Below, piece by piece: positions 46,415 through 56,551 of a stretch of 64,000 nt of DNA; within the stretch, counting starts at the first letter, position 1; each line of letters begins with the position of its first letter. Below the pieces are notes generated by a model, which saw nothing but the letters and a program-made list of their open reading frames with translations, did not search any database and was not told where the DNA came from. Both the position numbers and the translations under genes were made by a program. Origin of the DNA: an uncultured virus (IMG/VR IMGVR_UViG_3300020582_000004) (Duplodnaviria; Heunggongvirae; Uroviricota; Caudoviricetes); IMG/VR virus record IMGVR_UViG_3300020582_000004; one strand, written 5' to 3'.

Positions 46415-47164
46415 CTAGTACACTACGCCGTTGTTCATATCCAAATGACCAACTTTTACTCTCATATCAACGGCAAATCTCTTCCCTTGAGCTACGGCTT
46501 TGGAGCACATGTTGAGATCCTGAGTGAAACACTGCGCGCCTTTCCCCGGAATAACATCTGCCACGGTCACGAACCACGGTGCCGGAATCTCTCGAAATAG
46601 ATCCATACGCCATAACCCGCACCCCATTGCAATCCCATTCACGCCAAGAATCTGGCCCGCTGCGAGAGCCTCGCGCACATCGCGTGGACGAAAATCCAAA
46701 ACGCCAGTGCGCTTATATTCATCCGGGTCGCCGTAGGCCATGGGCATGTTGTGCTCGCCCTTCGTGAAGTAGAGCCCACTGATAGCGTCGTAGTTACCCC
46801 ATTCAATCGATTCAAGAAGCCGGATGTGTGCATCAGCAGGCGGGATGTTGTCGTCCTCGAGCGTCATCACGTACTTCCACTTCGAAAGCTCGGGATTCGC
46901 GAGGATGTTCCGGATCATGTCGTTGTACGCCTCGCCGACCTCGTGACCAGAGGCGAAGAGGATCGCGCGTTTCTGGTTCATGGGCGCGAGAAGCGCGAGC
47001 CACGATTGAACGACACGTTCGGGAATCATGCCGCGACTTGGAATCACGATGACCGTGGAGGAGTCTTTGTAGGTCGAGCCGACGATGTGCTCGACGCGTT
47101 CAAAGCCAAGGCCGGCGCTTTTGATTTGTTCGACGACGTCTTTGATAGGCGTTTTGTTCGTCAC
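46415..47164 (-). CDS. GT-A-fold glycosyltransferase-like protein
   Basis: IVIPSRG, YVMTLEDD (DxD-like), SGLYFTK, GMGCGL, QD..C...VDMRVKVGH. Confidence 0.7.
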   Translation of the reverse strand: MTNKTPIKDVVEQIKSAGLGFERVEHIVGSTYKDSSTVIVIPSRGMIPERVVQSWLALLAPMNQKRAILFASGHEVGEAYNDMIRNILANPELSKWKYVMTLEDDNIPPADAHIRLLESIEWGNYDAISGLYFTKGEHNMPMAYGDPDEYKRTGVLDFRPRDVREALAAGQILGVNGIAMGCGLWRMDLFREIPAPWFVTVADVIPGKGAQCFTQDLNMCSKAVAQGKRFAVDMRVKVGHLDMNNGVVY

Positions 47165-47313
47165 CTCTTTGACTCCTTTTCAAGCTCGATAAGGTGCATT
47201 CGTAGCCACGCTGCAATGCTCAGGCCTCGCTTTTTGGCTTCGTGCTTGATCCACGTGTGGATCGAAGCAGGCACGCGAGCCTGAACGAGCTTCGAGTGAT
47301 CTTCTTGAGCCAC
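47161..47313 (-). CDS. Ribbon-helix-helix DNA-binding protein
   Basis: GTG start at 47313; KLVQARVPASIHTWIKHEAKKRGLSIAAWLRMHL. Confidence 0.6.
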   Translation of the reverse strand: MAQEDHSKLVQARVPASIHTWIKHEAKKRGLSIAAWLRMHLIELEKESKR

Positions 47314-47371
47314 GAAGATGCATTCTGATGTGAAGTACACCAAAATGTCAACTTCACAATGTAATGCGCGA

Positions 47372-49402
47372 TCAGGTGCCCTGAAGCTCGAACCAGGGTT
47401 GATTGTGAACGCCCGAGCTTGCTCTGACCCATCCGCTCGTGTTCGAGATGGCAACCGAAGCCGGGAATGCTGTGATGCTGGAGACCGAGTAGCCTGGCAC
47501 TATTTGGTTCGTGAGAAGAGACGCGTTGCCGGAGACGATGCTGATGTTCGAACGAGGACCATAAAATGTATGAGATCCACCGTTCGCCGAAACGCCCGCA
47601 AAGGCGAATACATAAAGACCCGGTGTAAAAGCCCACGACGCCATGGATAGAGAACGATATTGCGTGCCGCTAAGAGAGTTATACTGAGCGCCAGCAGTGT
47701 TGTAGCTATAGGCTGAAGATGCGGAGCTAGCCAGGCTAAGGCTTCCTGCTGTTCCGCCGTTAATGGAATAAATTCCGGCACTAATCGTCCAGGCGCCAGA
47801 TGACGACGCCGTCGTATTTACGCCCGACAAATGTGCAATCCACAAAAGATTGGTTGCCGTGAGGTTATGCGGAATGACGAATGGCTGAAGGCTGAGTGAG
47901 GCGTTCGCGCTGCCGAACGATGTGACGACGTGTCCGACCTCGTAGTTCGACATTCCACCAAGTGCGGCTGTAAGAACTGAGCCATTCAAACCAAAGGAAA
48001 TGGCGTTCGAGTTCGAGAATGTGATCGCAGAGAGATTATTTGATGTCGTGCCAGCGGATACGTTGATGTTTGTAAGTGACGTTGCGACGGATGCGGTAAG
48101 TGTCGAACCGTTCAGACCAAACGAAACGTTGCTGCCGTTCGAGAACGTGATCGCGGAAAGATTGTTGCTCGTCGTGCCGGCGCTCACATTGATGTTCGTC
48201 AGGCTCGTGGCAACGGAGCCTGTGAGCGTTGAACCGTTCAAACCGAAGCTCATACCGTTGCTGTTGGAGAACGTAATCGCTGAGAGGTTCTGGCTTGTCG
48301 TGCCAGCGCTCACATTGATGTTCGTCAGGCTCGTGGCAACGGAGCCTGTGAGCGTTGAACCGTTCAAACCGAAGCTCATACCGTTGCTGTTGGAGAACGT
48401 AATCGCTGAGAGGTTCTGGCTTGTCGTGCCAGCGCTCACATTGATGTTCGTTAGGCTTGTAGCGACTGACGCAGTGATGGTTGAAGCATTGAGTCCGAAG
48501 CTGACTCCGTTTGAGTTAGAAAACGTAAAAGCAGAGGCAAGATTGCTTGTCGTACCGGCGCTAAGATTGATATTGGCGGCGCCGGCATTGATGCTGGCCG
48601 TGATCGTCGAACCATTGAGGCCGAAGCTCACACCGTTGCTGTTTGAAAACGTGATCGCTGAGAGGTTCTGGCTTGTCGTGCCGGCGCTCACATTGATGTT
48701 CGTTAGACTCGACGCAACCGAAGCCGTGACAACGGAGCTGTTCGACATTCCAAACGTGACGCCGTTCGAGTTTGAAAAGACAACCGTACCAGACGAGTTC
48801 GTTTGAGTTCCTGCCGCAATGCCCTGAACGGCTAAGACCGAGCCTGTGATGGTTGAACCGTTTAGGCCAAATGAAACGTTATTGGAGTTACTGAAGGTTA
48901 GCGCCGTGAGATTATTAGACGTTGTTCCAGCACTTATAACGAATGGTGCTGAAGCCGTTATCGTCGAGCCGTTGAGGCCAAATGTGACGTTGTTTGAGTT
49001 GGAGAAGGTAATCGCCGAGAGGTTTTGACTAGTGGTGCCTGCAGAGACGTTGATGTTGGTGAGGCTCGTAGCAATAGACGCTGTAATTTGCGATGAACCG
49101 CTCATCCCGAAGCTGACGCCGTTCGAATTTGAAAACACGACTTCGCCGCTCGAAGCTGTCTGTGTTCCAGCACCGATACCCGTGATGACATTTGAAAGAA
49201 CTGCGATGGAACCGCCCGTGGGCGGTAAGAACACCGTCGTATTTCCAGTTGCAACGGCTGCAATCGCAATGGAGCCGGCAGAATTTCCCATGACGATTTG
49301 AACCGTCGAGGCCGTCGAACTTCCGATATTGAGCTGTGCGCCTAAATGCGAAAGCGTGTCTTGGTTCAAGACGACGAAATCTTGGAAATTGCCGTCGCTC
49401 AT
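47372..49402 (-). CDS. Ser/Thr/Asn-rich repeat fibre protein (676 aa)
   Basis: About 10 copies of the ~41-aa unit INVSAGTTSxNLSAITFSNSNGVSFGLNGSTITAS plus a C-terminal globular domain. Confidence 0.85.
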   Translation of the reverse strand: MSDGNFQDFVVLNQDTLSHLGAQLNIGSSTASTVQIVMGNSAGSIAIAAVATGNTTVFLPPTGGSIAVLSNVITGIGAGTQTASSGEVVFSNSNGVSFGMSGSSQITASIATSLTNINVSAGTTSQNLSAITFSNSNNVTFGLNGSTITASAPFVISAGTTSNNLTALTFSNSNNVSFGLNGSTITGSVLAVQGIAAGTQTNSSGTVVFSNSNGVTFGMSNSSVVTASVASSLTNINVSAGTTSQNLSAITFSNSNGVSFGLNGSTITASINAGAANINLSAGTTSNLASAFTFSNSNGVSFGLNASTITASVATSLTNINVSAGTTSQNLSAITFSNSNGMSFGLNGSTLTGSVATSLTNINVSAGTTSQNLSAITFSNSNGMSFGLNGSTLTGSVATSLTNINVSAGTTSNNLSAITFSNGSNVSFGLNGSTLTASVATSLTNINVSAGTTSNNLSAITFSNSNAISFGLNGSVLTAALGGMSNYEVGHVVTSFGSANASLSLQPFVIPHNLTATNLLWIAHLSGVNTTASSSGAWTISAGIYSINGGTAGSLSLASSASSAYSYNTAGAQYNSLSGTQYRSLSMASWAFTPGLYVFAFAGVSANGGSHTFYGPRSNISIVSGNASLLTNQIVPGYSVSSITAFPASVAISNTSGWVRASSGVHNQPWFELQGT

Positions 49403-49403
49403 T

Positions 49404-52400
49404 TTACAAACCCGATCCGATCAAAATGATGCCCGGTTGCCTTAGTGCAGCGACACCCGTTCGTGCGTAATTGGTATTAGTTCCCGCGATACTGACCGGG
49501 AAAGCAGTAACGCTCGATATGGACGTACCGTCCAAAAATTGCGAGATTGCGACACCGTCGAATACGCCGCCGACGATGCTGATTCCGGCTTGCCCAAACA
49601 CGTTGACCGTGACGCTGTTTGCCGTCGACATGAAGCATCCAAAGAGATAATCGCCTGGCGTCATGCTGTAGTTGACGCCAATGGTTCGGTACCTTGTACC
49701 GCTCGCGCCGCCATACTGAGTGGATGCCGACGTCGCGCTTCCGCTCGTCCACGATGCGACACGTGAACCTGAGCTTGCAAGACTCGCCGTAGATGCGTTG
49801 AACGTGTACACGGCATGATTGATTGTGAGCGCTCCCGAAGAGCCCGTGGCTCCCTCGAAATCCAAGAGCATCACCATTTGCGTAGCGATGAGATTCATGG
49901 GTAGCGACAATTTTTGAAGTGACAGGGTCGCCTGCGACATACTGAAGTTCGTGGCAACAGGAAACGCCTGGCTAAACTGAGTAATCGTATTACCGAACGA
50001 TGCGGTGATGACCGAGCCGTTCAGGCCGAACGATACGCCGTTAGAGTTCGAGAACGTAACCGCGCTTAGATTGTTGGATGTCGTACCAGCGCTAATATTG
50101 ATGTTCGTAAGTGATGTGGCGATGGACGCGGTAATCGTTGAAGCGTTGAGTCCGAAGCTCACTCCGTTGCTGTTCGAAAAAGTAAACGCGGATGCGAGGT
50201 TGCTTGTCGTACCAGCGCTCAAGTTGATGCTGGCTTGAGTGCTTGCGACGGTTACAGAGGCCGTTATCGTCGAGCCGTTCAAACCGAAGGAGACATTGTT
50301 CGAGTTGGAGAAGGTGATCGCTGAGAGATTGTTAGAAGTCGTACCCGCGCTTACGTTGATGTTCGTGAGCGACGTCGCAACGGACGCCGTCATCGTCGAA
50401 CCGTTCATGCCAAACGAAATACCGTTCGAATTCGAGAATGTGATCGCCGTCAGATTTTGCGACGTTGTTCCTGCAGAAAACCATACTGGTCCTGAACCCG
50501 TTATCGTCGAGCCGTTTAGACCGAAAGAAAAGTTATTCGAATTCGAGAACGTAATCGCCGATAGGTTCTGTGACGTTGTACCTGCACTGACATTGATGTT
50601 CGTGAGTGAAGTTGCGACCGACGCCGTGATGGTCGACGCGTTCAGGCCGAACGAAATCCCGTTGCTGTTCGAGAACGTGAACGCCGATGCAAGATTGCTC
50701 GTGGTACCGGCAGAAAGATTGATGCTCGCGCTCGGGTTGATTGAAGCTGTAATGACCGAGCCATTCAGGCCAAAACTCACCCCATTGCTGTTCGAGAACG
50801 TAACGGCCGAAAGATTGTTCGACGTCGTGCCAGCGCTTACGTTGATGTTCGTGAGTGACGTAGCAACAGATGCCGTAAGCGTTGAACCGTTTAGACCAAA
50901 CGAGATTCCATTCGAATTCGAGAACGTGATCGCGCTGAGATTGTTCGAGGTCGTGCCCGCGGAGACATTGATGTTGGTGAGCGACGTAGCGACCGATGCG
51001 GTGATGGTCGACGCGTTCAAGCCGAACGAGATGCCGTTGCTGTTCGAGAACGTGAACGCCGAAGCGAGATTACTCGTGGTGCCGGCGCTTAGATTGATGC
51101 TTGCCTGCGTCGATGCGACCGTGACCGATGCAGTCACGACCGAGCTATTGCTCATCCCGAACGTGACGTTGTTTGAATTCGAGAAGACGACGGTACCGCT
51201 CGTCGCTGTCTGAGTTCCCGCGGCAGCCGCGAGGCTATTCGCGGACGCGGTGATCGTAGAGCCGTTCAACCCGAACGAGACGTCATTGCTATTCGAAAAG
51301 GTGAAGGCCGAGGCAATGACCGAAGTTGTGCCGGCCGAGATGTTGATGCTCGCATCGGGACTGACCGAAGCGGTGATGACCGAGCCGTTCAGTCCGAACG
51401 AAACGCCACTTCCGTTCGAGAACGTAATCGCGCTGAGATTGTTCGAGGTCGTGCCCGCGGAGACATTGATGTTGGTAAGCGACGTAGCGACCGATGCGGT
51501 GATGGTCGACGCGTTCAAGCCGAACGAGATGCCGTTGCTGTTCGAGAACGTGAACGCCGAAGCGAGATTACTCGTCGTACCGGCGCTGAGATTGATGCTT
51601 GCTTGAGTCGATGCGACCGTGACGCTCGCTGTAACGACTGAGCTATTGCTCATTCCGAACGTGACGTTGTTCGAATTGGAGAAGACAACGGTACCGCTCG
51701 TCGCTGTCTGCGTGCCTGCTGCAGCCGCGAGGCTATTCGCGGACGCCGTGATCGTGGAGCCGTTCAAACCAAACGAGACATCATTGCTGTTCGAGAAGGT
51801 GAAGGCCGAGGCAATAACCGAAGTCGTGCCGGCCGAGATGTTGATGCTCGCATCGGGACTGACCGAAGCGGTGATGACCGAGCCGTTCAGGCCGAACGAA
51901 ACGCCACTTCCGTTCGAGAACGTAATCGCGCTGAGATTGTTCGAGGTCGTGCCCGCGGAGACATTGATGTTGGTGAGCGATGTAGCGACTGACGCAGTGA
52001 TGGTCGACGCATTGAGTCCGAACGAGATGCCGTTCGAGTTACTGAATGTGAACGCCGAGGCGAGGTTACTTGTTGTGCCGGCGCTGAGATTGATACTTGC
52101 TTGAGTCGATGCGACCGTGACCGATGCAGTCACGACCGAGCTATTGCTCATCCCGAATGTGACGTTGTTTGAATTCGAGAAGACGACGGTACCGCTCGTT
52201 GCTGTCTGAGTTCCCGCGGCAGCTGCAAGGCTATTGGCTGACGCCGTGATCGTGGAACCGTTCAAACCAAACGAGACATCATTGCTGTTCGAGAAGGTGA
52301 AGGCCGAGGCAATGACCGAAGTCGTGCCGGCCGAGATGTTGATGCTCGCATCGGGGCTGACCGAAGCGGTGATGACCGAGCCGTTCAGGCCGAACGAAAC

Positions 52401-54980
52401 GCCACTTCCGTTCGAGAACGTAATCGCGCTGAGATTGTTCGAGGTCGTGCCCGCAGAGACATTGATGTTGGTAAGTGACGTAGCGACCGATGCGGTGATG
52501 GTCGACGCGTTCAAGCCGAACGAGATGCCATTTGAGTTACTGAACGTGAACGCCGAAGCGAGGTTACTCGTGGTGCCGGCGCTGAGATTGATGCTCGCTT
52601 GAGTCGACGCGACCGTAACGCTCGCTGTAATGACCGAGCTATTGCTCATTCCGAACGTAACGTTGTTCGAATTGGAAAAGACGACGGTGCCGCTCGTCGC
52701 TGTTTGCGTACCTGCTGCGGCTGCGAGGCTATTCGCGGACGCGGTGATCGTAGAGCCGTTCAACCCGAATGAGACGTCATTGCTGTTCGAGAAGGTGATT
52801 GCTGAGAGGTTTGCAGAGCTTGTTCCGGCGCTAACTTTGATATTCGTGAGCGACGTTGCGACCGACGCGGTGATGGTCGACGCATTGAGACCGAATGAGA
52901 TGCCGTTCGAGTTACTGAACGTGAATGCCGAGGCGAGGTTACTCGTGGTGCCGGCGCTGAGATTGATACTTGCTTGCGTCGATGCGACCGTGACTGAAGC
53001 CGTAACGACCGAGCTATTGCTCATTCCGAACGTGACGTTGTTTGAATTCGAGAAGACGACGGTGCCGCTCGTCGCTGTCTGAGTTCCCGCGGCAGCCGCA
53101 AGGCTATTGGCGGATGCCGTGATCGTGGAGCCGTTCAAACCGAACGAGACATCATTGCTGTTCGAGAAGGTGAAGGCCGAAGCAATGACCGAAGTCGTGC
53201 CGGCCGAGATGTTGATGCTCGCATCGGGGCTGACCGAAGCGGTGATGACCGAGCCGTTCAGGCCGAACGAAACGCCACTTCCGTTCGAGAACGTAATCGC
53301 GCTGAGATTGTTCGAGGTCGTGCCCGCGGAGACATTGATGTTGGTGAGCGACGTAGCGACCGATGCGGTGATGGTCGACGCGTTCAAGCCGAACGAGATG
53401 CCATTTAAGTTACTGAACGTGAACGCCGAGGCGAGGTTACTCGTTGTACCTGCGCTGAGATTAATGCTTGCCTGAGTCGATGCGACCGTGACCGATGCGG
53501 TCACGACCGAGCTGTTCGACATTCCGAATGTGACGTTGTTGCTGTTCGAGAAGACGACAGTTCCGCTCGTCGCTGTCTGAGTGCCAGCAGCCGCGGCAAG
53601 GCTATTGGCGCTTGCTGTAATCGTCGAGCCGCTCAGACCAAAGCTCACATCGTTGCTGTTTGAAAACGTCAGCGCTGAGAGGTTCTGGCTGGTCGTGCCG
53701 GCGCTGACGTTGATGTTCGTTAGCGAAGTGGCGACGGAGGCGGTGATCGTCGAAGCGTTCAATCCAAACGAGATGCCGTTGCTGTTCGAGAACGTAAACG
53801 CCGAAGCGAGATTGCTCGTTGTACCGGCTGAAAGATTGATGCTGGCCTGGGTGCTCGCGACTGTGACGCTCGCGGTGACGACCGAGCTATTCGACATTCC
53901 GAACGTGACGTTGTTGCTGTTCGAGAAGACGACAGTTCCGCTCGTCGCTGTTTGAGTGCCAGCAGCTGCGGCGAGGCTATTGGCGCTTGCCGTGATCGTT
54001 GACCCGCTCAGGCCAAAGCTCACATCGTTGCTGTTTGAGAACGTCAACGCCGAGAGGTTCTGGCTGGTCGTGCCGGCGCTGACGTTGATGTTCGTAAGCG
54101 ACGTGGCGACGGAGGCGGTAATCGTCGAGGCGTTCAGGCCGAAACTGATGCCGTTGCTGTTCGAGAACGTGAACGCCGAGGCGAGATTGCTCGTCGTGCC
54201 GGCAGAAAGATTGATGCTTGCTTGTGTGCTTGCGATAGTGACTGATGCTGTGACAACCGAAGCTACAGCGTCGAGGCCAAAGCTTACATTGTTCGAGTTA
54301 GAAAAAGTAACAGCAGATAGATTTTGAGAAGTCGTACCAGCCGACAAATTGATGTTCGTGAGAGACGTCGCAACACTGGCTGTGAGCGTGGAGTTATTTA
54401 ATCCAAACGATATGCCGTTCGAATTGGAGAAAGTAACGCCAGATAGATTGTTTGATGTCGTGCCGGCACTAATATTGACTGCGAAACTGGCAGTCAAAAG
54501 TGAGCTATTGTTCAATCCGAACGAAATGTTGTTTGAATTGACGAATGAAACTGTGCCACTCGTCGCGACTTGCGTTCCAGCGCTAATGGCGATGGGTATG
54601 CCGGATTCGTCGATGTCGACGTCCGCACCCATGAATCGCATGTACCAACCGCGACCGTCTTCGTAATAGAGCGTATAGCCTGGAAGCAGCGAAAACGTCG
54701 GCTGCATGATCGACGTCGTGATGCCGTCGAAAAGCTGAACCGTAATATTGACTGGCGTGACATCGACGTTTGCGATGCTGAGGTACTTGATATTTCGAAC
54801 GGTGTTTGCAGGCGGCGAGGGAACAATCGTCGTTGTTGTTGCAGCCGAAACTTGTGTGTTGAGATCATTGGGCGTAATGAGCGAGTGCTGAGCATCGACC
54901 CATGACGCTTGCACATCTACGTTTTCAGCTCCGCCTGTAACGAGCTGCAGAATCGCAGTGACTGAGGGCAGAAGGATCAC
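49404..54980 (-). CDS. Giant Ser/Thr/Asn-rich repeat fibre protein (1858 aa)
   Basis: N-domain, roughly 35-40 copies of the same ~41-aa unit in 375-bp and 498-bp higher-order blocks, and a C-domain resembling that of the 676-aa protein. Confidence 0.88.
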   Translation of the reverse strand: MILLPSVTAILQLVTGGAENVDVQASWVDAQHSLITPNDLNTQVSAATTTTIVPSPPANTVRNIKYLSIANVDVTPVNITVQLFDGITTSIMQPTFSLLPGYTLYYEDGRGWYMRFMGADVDIDESGIPIAISAGTQVATSGTVSFVNSNNISFGLNNSSLLTASFAVNISAGTTSNNLSGVTFSNSNGISFGLNNSTLTASVATSLTNINLSAGTTSQNLSAVTFSNSNNVSFGLDAVASVVTASVTIASTQASINLSAGTTSNLASAFTFSNSNGISFGLNASTITASVATSLTNINVSAGTTSQNLSALTFSNSNDVSFGLSGSTITASANSLAAAAGTQTATSGTVVFSNSNNVTFGMSNSSVVTASVTVASTQASINLSAGTTSNLASAFTFSNSNGISFGLNASTITASVATSLTNINVSAGTTSQNLSALTFSNSNDVSFGLSGSTITASANSLAAAAGTQTATSGTVVFSNSNNVTFGMSNSSVVTASVTVASTQASINLSAGTTSNLASAFTFSNLNGISFGLNASTITASVATSLTNINVSAGTTSNNLSAITFSNGSGVSFGLNGSVITASVSPDASINISAGTTSVIASAFTFSNSNDVSFGLNGSTITASANSLAAAAGTQTATSGTVVFSNSNNVTFGMSNSSVVTASVTVASTQASINLSAGTTSNLASAFTFSNSNGISFGLNASTITASVATSLTNIKVSAGTSSANLSAITFSNSNDVSFGLNGSTITASANSLAAAAGTQTATSGTVVFSNSNNVTFGMSNSSVITASVTVASTQASINLSAGTTSNLASAFTFSNSNGISFGLNASTITASVATSLTNINVSAGTTSNNLSAITFSNGSGVSFGLNGSVITASVSPDASINISAGTTSVIASAFTFSNSNDVSFGLNGSTITASANSLAAAAGTQTATSGTVVFSNSNNVTFGMSNSSVVTASVTVASTQASINLSAGTTSNLASAFTFSNSNGISFGLNASTITASVATSLTNINVSAGTTSNNLSAITFSNGSGVSFGLNGSVITASVSPDASINISAGTTSVIASAFTFSNSNDVSFGLNGSTITASANSLAAAAGTQTATSGTVVFSNSNNVTFGMSNSSVVTASVTVASTQASINLSAGTTSNLASAFTFSNSNGISFGLNASTITASVATSLTNINVSAGTTSNNLSAITFSNGSGVSFGLNGSVITASVSPDASINISAGTTSVIASAFTFSNSNDVSFGLNGSTITASANSLAAAAGTQTATSGTVVFSNSNNVTFGMSNSSVVTASVTVASTQASINLSAGTTSNLASAFTFSNSNGISFGLNASTITASVATSLTNINVSAGTTSNNLSAITFSNSNGISFGLNGSTLTASVATSLTNINVSAGTTSNNLSAVTFSNSNGVSFGLNGSVITASINPSASINLSAGTTSNLASAFTFSNSNGISFGLNASTITASVATSLTNINVSAGTTSQNLSAITFSNSNNFSFGLNGSTITGSGPVWFSAGTTSQNLTAITFSNSNGISFGMNGSTMTASVATSLTNINVSAGTTSNNLSAITFSNSNNVSFGLNGSTITASVTVASTQASINLSAGTTSNLASAFTFSNSNGVSFGLNASTITASIATSLTNINISAGTTSNNLSAVTFSNSNGVSFGLNGSVITASFGNTITQFSQAFPVATNFSMSQATLSLQKLSLPMNLIATQMVMLLDFEGATGSSGALTINHAVYTFNASTASLASSGSRVASWTSGSATSASTQYGGASGTRYRTIGVNYSMTPGDYLFGCFMSTANSVTVNVFGQAGISIVGGVFDGVAISQFLDGTSISSVTAFPVSIAGTNTNYARTGVAALRQPGIILIGSGL

Positions 54981-54991
54981 TTCTTATGTCC

Positions 54992-55381
54992 TTACGGGTT
55001 GCGACTTTTCATGACAACTGCGCCTTGAAACATCATGTACCAACCCCGACCATCCTCGTAAAAGATGGTGTATCCAGCAAGAAGTGACATCAGCGTTTGA
55101 ATGATGGAAGTAGTCACACCGTCGAAATGTTGGATGGTTACGTTTACTGGATTAGTTGGATCGGTATTGGCAATAGACACGTACTTGATATTTCGTTGAG
55201 TGATAACAGGCGGCGACGGCACGATGTTCGTTGTCGTGGCAGACGAAATCTGAACGTTTACTTCGCCTGGTGTGACGACATTTGGATCGGTTGCATCCAT
55301 CCACGACGCAGCTACATCGATGATTTGGGCGCCGCCTGTAACGAGCTGCAGTACCGATGTCGTATTGGAGAGCAGTATCAA
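54992..55381 (-). CDS. Stand-alone paralog of the giant fibre N-terminal domain
   Basis: LQLVTGGA..DV.ASW.DA...SAxTT.IVPSPP...RNIKY.SIAN...FDG.TTSI...GYT.xYEDGRGWYM shared; TTG start after GAGG. Confidence 0.8.
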   Translation of the reverse strand: MILLSNTTSVLQLVTGGAQIIDVAASWMDATDPNVVTPGEVNVQISSATTTNIVPSPPVITQRNIKYVSIANTDPTNPVNVTIQHFDGVTTSIIQTLMSLLAGYTIFYEDGRGWYMMFQGAVVMKSRNP

Positions 55382-55403
55382 GAGGACACCTCTTCGCTCT
55401 CGA

Positions 55404-56300
55404 TTAAAGCGCCATGATTGCTGTAGGAAGACCTGGGTACCAAAGGATTGGAACTGCGAAGTCGACGTTTGAGCCGTTTGGCATGAACGGCAAACCTGCA
55501 ATCGTGGCCGTGACATCGGCTTGGTGCCCAGCTGGAATTGCTCCGCCTAACGCGATGACGTTGAGCTTGCGGTCGCCTTGAAGCGCGGCTCCGGTAAGCG
55601 TCGCCGACTGGCCGTTACTGAACCAAAGTGTGGAGCCGTTCGGGATGCCAGCAATGAGTGGTTCAACGAATATTTGAACGTCTCCACCGTTTGCTGTCGT
55701 ATTGCAAATGGCTTGAAGCTTTCCATCGTTGATGGCGACCAGGCGATTGGTTGCATCGCTACCACCTGATGCGTCGTAAAAAATAATTCCCCAAGCGAGC
55801 TGACCTGGGTATCCAGGTGTGACAGCGGCCCACAAAAAGTTGTTCGATGAAAAAACACCACCCACGTCGGTTCGGCCTGCAAGAAGAGCGTCTGCACCTA
55901 CACGGCCATTGCCCACGATCACGTCCGATACGAATGTAGCTTGTGTGAGATTGACGGCCCATCCGCCGCCTGTGTAGGCTCCAGAGCCGGCAACGTTAAG
56001 CCCAGCTCCTTCGAGCGTAAGCATTTGAAACGTATTAGGCGTTACGGCAGTCGAGCGACCAAGCTGATTGCATGAGAAATTGCCTAGGATGCCTCCCGTT
56101 AGGACGATGTCGCCATTCGAAAAACCATGAGCTGCCGATGCATAAACGGCTGGATTGGCGTTTGTAACGCTCGTTATTTCGCGAGTCCAAGTGGCAGGCT
56201 GCGTCGGATCGAAAAGCGCGGCGGCCTGGGCGTCGGCAACCCAGCCAATGAGTCTCTCACCGAATCCGTGCCTCCCCTCGTCGAACATGCGTCCGCTCAT
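55404..56300 (-). CDS. Phage structural-type protein with FCCH-like insert
   Basis: ITSVTNANPAVYASAAHGFSNGDIV motif, common in phage tail-region proteins. Confidence 0.55.
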   Translation of the reverse strand: MSGRMFDEGRHGFGERLIGWVADAQAAALFDPTQPATWTREITSVTNANPAVYASAAHGFSNGDIVLTGGILGNFSCNQLGRSTAVTPNTFQMLTLEGAGLNVAGSGAYTGGGWAVNLTQATFVSDVIVGNGRVGADALLAGRTDVGGVFSSNNFLWAAVTPGYPGQLAWGIIFYDASGGSDATNRLVAINDGKLQAICNTTANGGDVQIFVEPLIAGIPNGSTLWFSNGQSATLTGAALQGDRKLNVIALGGAIPAGHQADVTATIAGLPFMPNGSNVDFAVPILWYPGLPTAIMAL

Positions 56301-56478
56301 GCCACGAGGGTACAACCACTCTCATTTTTGCCATAAAAGCGAAGATTTTGGCCAAGTAAAGATAGACCGCTCCGCGCTCATCGATCGCGTCTCGTCAATT
56401 TCATGAGGAAGTTGGAGCCGGAGCGCTCCTAGGGTACTCTTTTGGTCACTGTCAAGTTTCGGTTTGGTTCGGGTTCGA

Positions 56479-56488
56479 GAATAGGTGC
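56479..56488 (+). promoter_or_regulatory. GAATAGGTGC motif, copy 4
   Basis: About 64 nt upstream of ATG 56552. Confidence 0.6.
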
Positions 56489-56551
56489 TCGGGCCGTTTT
56501 GTAGTGATTGCGCGAGCTTTGCTCGCCTTTTCTAGAAACGGGAGAGCACAC

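Noticed and set aside
48000..54666. Many long + strand ORFs (e.g. MTEPFRPNE...VVPA)
   Set aside because: They are antisense shadows of the repetitive minus-strand fibre genes.
49404..54980. Ice-nucleation protein or diversity-generating retroelement target
   Set aside because: The repeat is not the InaZ AGYGSTxT type. There is no reverse transcriptase and no adenine-specific template/variable repeat pair.
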